DNA from: Bacteriovoracia bacterium
GTDB taxonomy: Bacteria > Bdellovibrionota > Bacteriovoracia > Bacteriovoracales > Bacteriovoracaceae
NCBI GenBank assembly: GCA_046570105.1
Contig: JBKHVI010000038.1
Coordinates: 1 to 28,844, forward strand
Reading direction: 5' to 3'
DNA: 28,844 nucleotides
The position numbers and the translations under genes were made by a program. A model generated the notes under the pieces. That model had not been told where the DNA came from, did not search any database, and worked only from the letters and a program-made list of their open reading frames with translations. Shown piece after piece: positions 27,626 to 28,844 of this stretch (positions are counted from its first letter, which is position 1; every line of letters begins with the position of its first letter).

Positions 27626-27768
27626 CTTGCGTGTTGGTGCGTGGTCGAGACTTGAGACTTTTTTTCCTTCGTACTGCTACTTTATTTCTCTTTAGCAAAT
27701 TTCAAAGCCAATATTTAAAATAACTTACCCTGCAATGATGTTGCCCCGGTATTTGCAGAGTTGCTCTC

Positions 27769-28644
27769 ATGGGCACAACATCAATAACAAATCATATCTG
27801 CAGCAAAACTTTAGCCATTCGATACGGCCGCTTCTATCGTCAAAGTGAGGCACGCTGGATCCAACGATTTAAGTGTCGTGAATGCGGGAGACACTTCTCT
27901 CATGCGACTGGAACTCTGGAATTCGGGCAGAAAAAACGACGGGTCAATTTGCCACTCTTCAAGTTGCTGAGCTCGGGAGTGTCGATGAGGCGCTGTGCTT
28001 TTTTGTTGCAGATTGATCGTCGCACTGTTGATCGAAAGTTAATCTATCTGGCAAAAAAAGCACGCCTTCGTCATTTAGAACTTTTAGCGCAGATGAGGGG
28101 CAAGGTTCAGTCTTTCGAGTTTGATGATCTGGTTACAAGTGAACATACCAAGATGAAGCCACTGACTGTTTCTTTAGCTGTTGATGCTGATCGACGATAT
28201 ATACTGGGTGCGAAAGTTGGACGTATCCCATCTTTTGGTCTCATTGCAGAGAAGTCCCGGAAGAAATACGGCAAGCGTGATAATGATCATCGCCGCACAC
28301 TTTCTGAGTTGTTTGAGGAAGTCGCTTCAACGGTCGCACCAGCTGCGCTCGTACAATCCGATGAGCATCAGAGGTATCCTGAATTTGTAAAAAAATATCT
28401 GCCGGGCCGAGAGCATCGACGACATCCTGGTGGGCGAGGTGCCATAGCCGGGCAAGGAGAGTTGAAGAAAAAAACGTACGATCCGATTTTTATTCTAAAT
28501 CATTCTTGTGCAATGTTGCGAGCTGGAGTGAATCGATTGATTCGGAAAACTTGGTGTACGACAAAGCAGCCAGAGCGACTCCAGATGCATCTCGATATCT
28601 TTTTAGATTACTATAATAGGATTTATCTTCCGGCTCACTCTTAA
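27769..28644 (+). mobile_element. IS1-like transposase encoded in a single ORF
   Basis: QRFKCRECGRHF Zn ribbon; GVSMRRCAFLLQIDRRTV HTH; acidic motifs FDD and SDE; LR..VNRLIRKT..TTK resembles the IS1 C-terminal motif; element ends not defined. Confidence 0.8.
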
Positions 28645-28698
28645 TCATCTCGGATAGTAAGATGAGAGATGTCCATTACCAACAGCCAAGTCGGCCAG

Positions 28699-28844
28699 TT
28701 AGAAGAGCATACGGAATTCGAGTTCAACTCGACCCATCTTTGGAACGTTCTGACCGGCAAAGGTTTGTTGAAGATTAAGATTAATCGTCGCGGGGAGTGC
28801 AAATTGCTTTTTCAGATAAGGTTGAATAGAGGAAACCGTCGTGG
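28699..28844 (-). CDS. 3' end of a gene running in from outside the window, probably an outer-membrane protein
   Basis: Open frame 28842-28699 reads TTVSSIQPYLKKQF...MGRVELEFRMLF*; amphipathic last strand with terminal Phe; not in the ORF track. Confidence 0.6.
   Translation of the reverse strand, partial: TTVSSIQPYLKKQFALPATINLNLQQTFAGQNVPKMGRVELEFRMLF

Noticed and set aside
27742..27757. sigma54-like TGCCCCGGTATTTGCA upstream of the transposase
   Set aside because: The invariant -24 GG is GC.
26608..28844. tRNA-anchored genomic island
   Set aside because: No integrase and no duplicated tRNA 3' end in the window; cannot be judged at the window edge.

Overview
Bacterial chromosomal window. 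Gene content and style suggest Bdellovibrionota (Bacteriovorax/Peredibacter-like); this is inference only. Housekeeping blocks: dtd; rsmD-coaD-aminotransferase; PIN-PhoH plus PilZ; 2-Cys peroxiredoxin; clpP-clpX-lon; tRNA-Val(TAC). These are interleaved with lineage-specific genes: lipoproteins, a TonB-like protein, a frameshifted outer-membrane barrel, a 1259-aa secreted coiled-coil protein, an orphan OmpR-type regulator and an IS1-like transposase. The main discovery is two copies, in opposite orientation, of a ~170-190 nt structured non-coding element (4244-4414 and 14826-14986), each filling the gap between convergent genes. They share five ordered blocks totalling 53 nt with only 4 differences, and those 4 form two compensatory base-pair swaps. 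Their closing stems are unrelated in sequence but each is self-complementary. I do not recognise the family. Also notable: apparent pseudo-enzymes (degenerate N6-adenine MTase fold coupled to dtd, pseudo-histidine kinase, Zn-less anti-sigma), two probable CTG starts, and sigma28-, sigma54- and leaderless sigma70-type promoter motifs.
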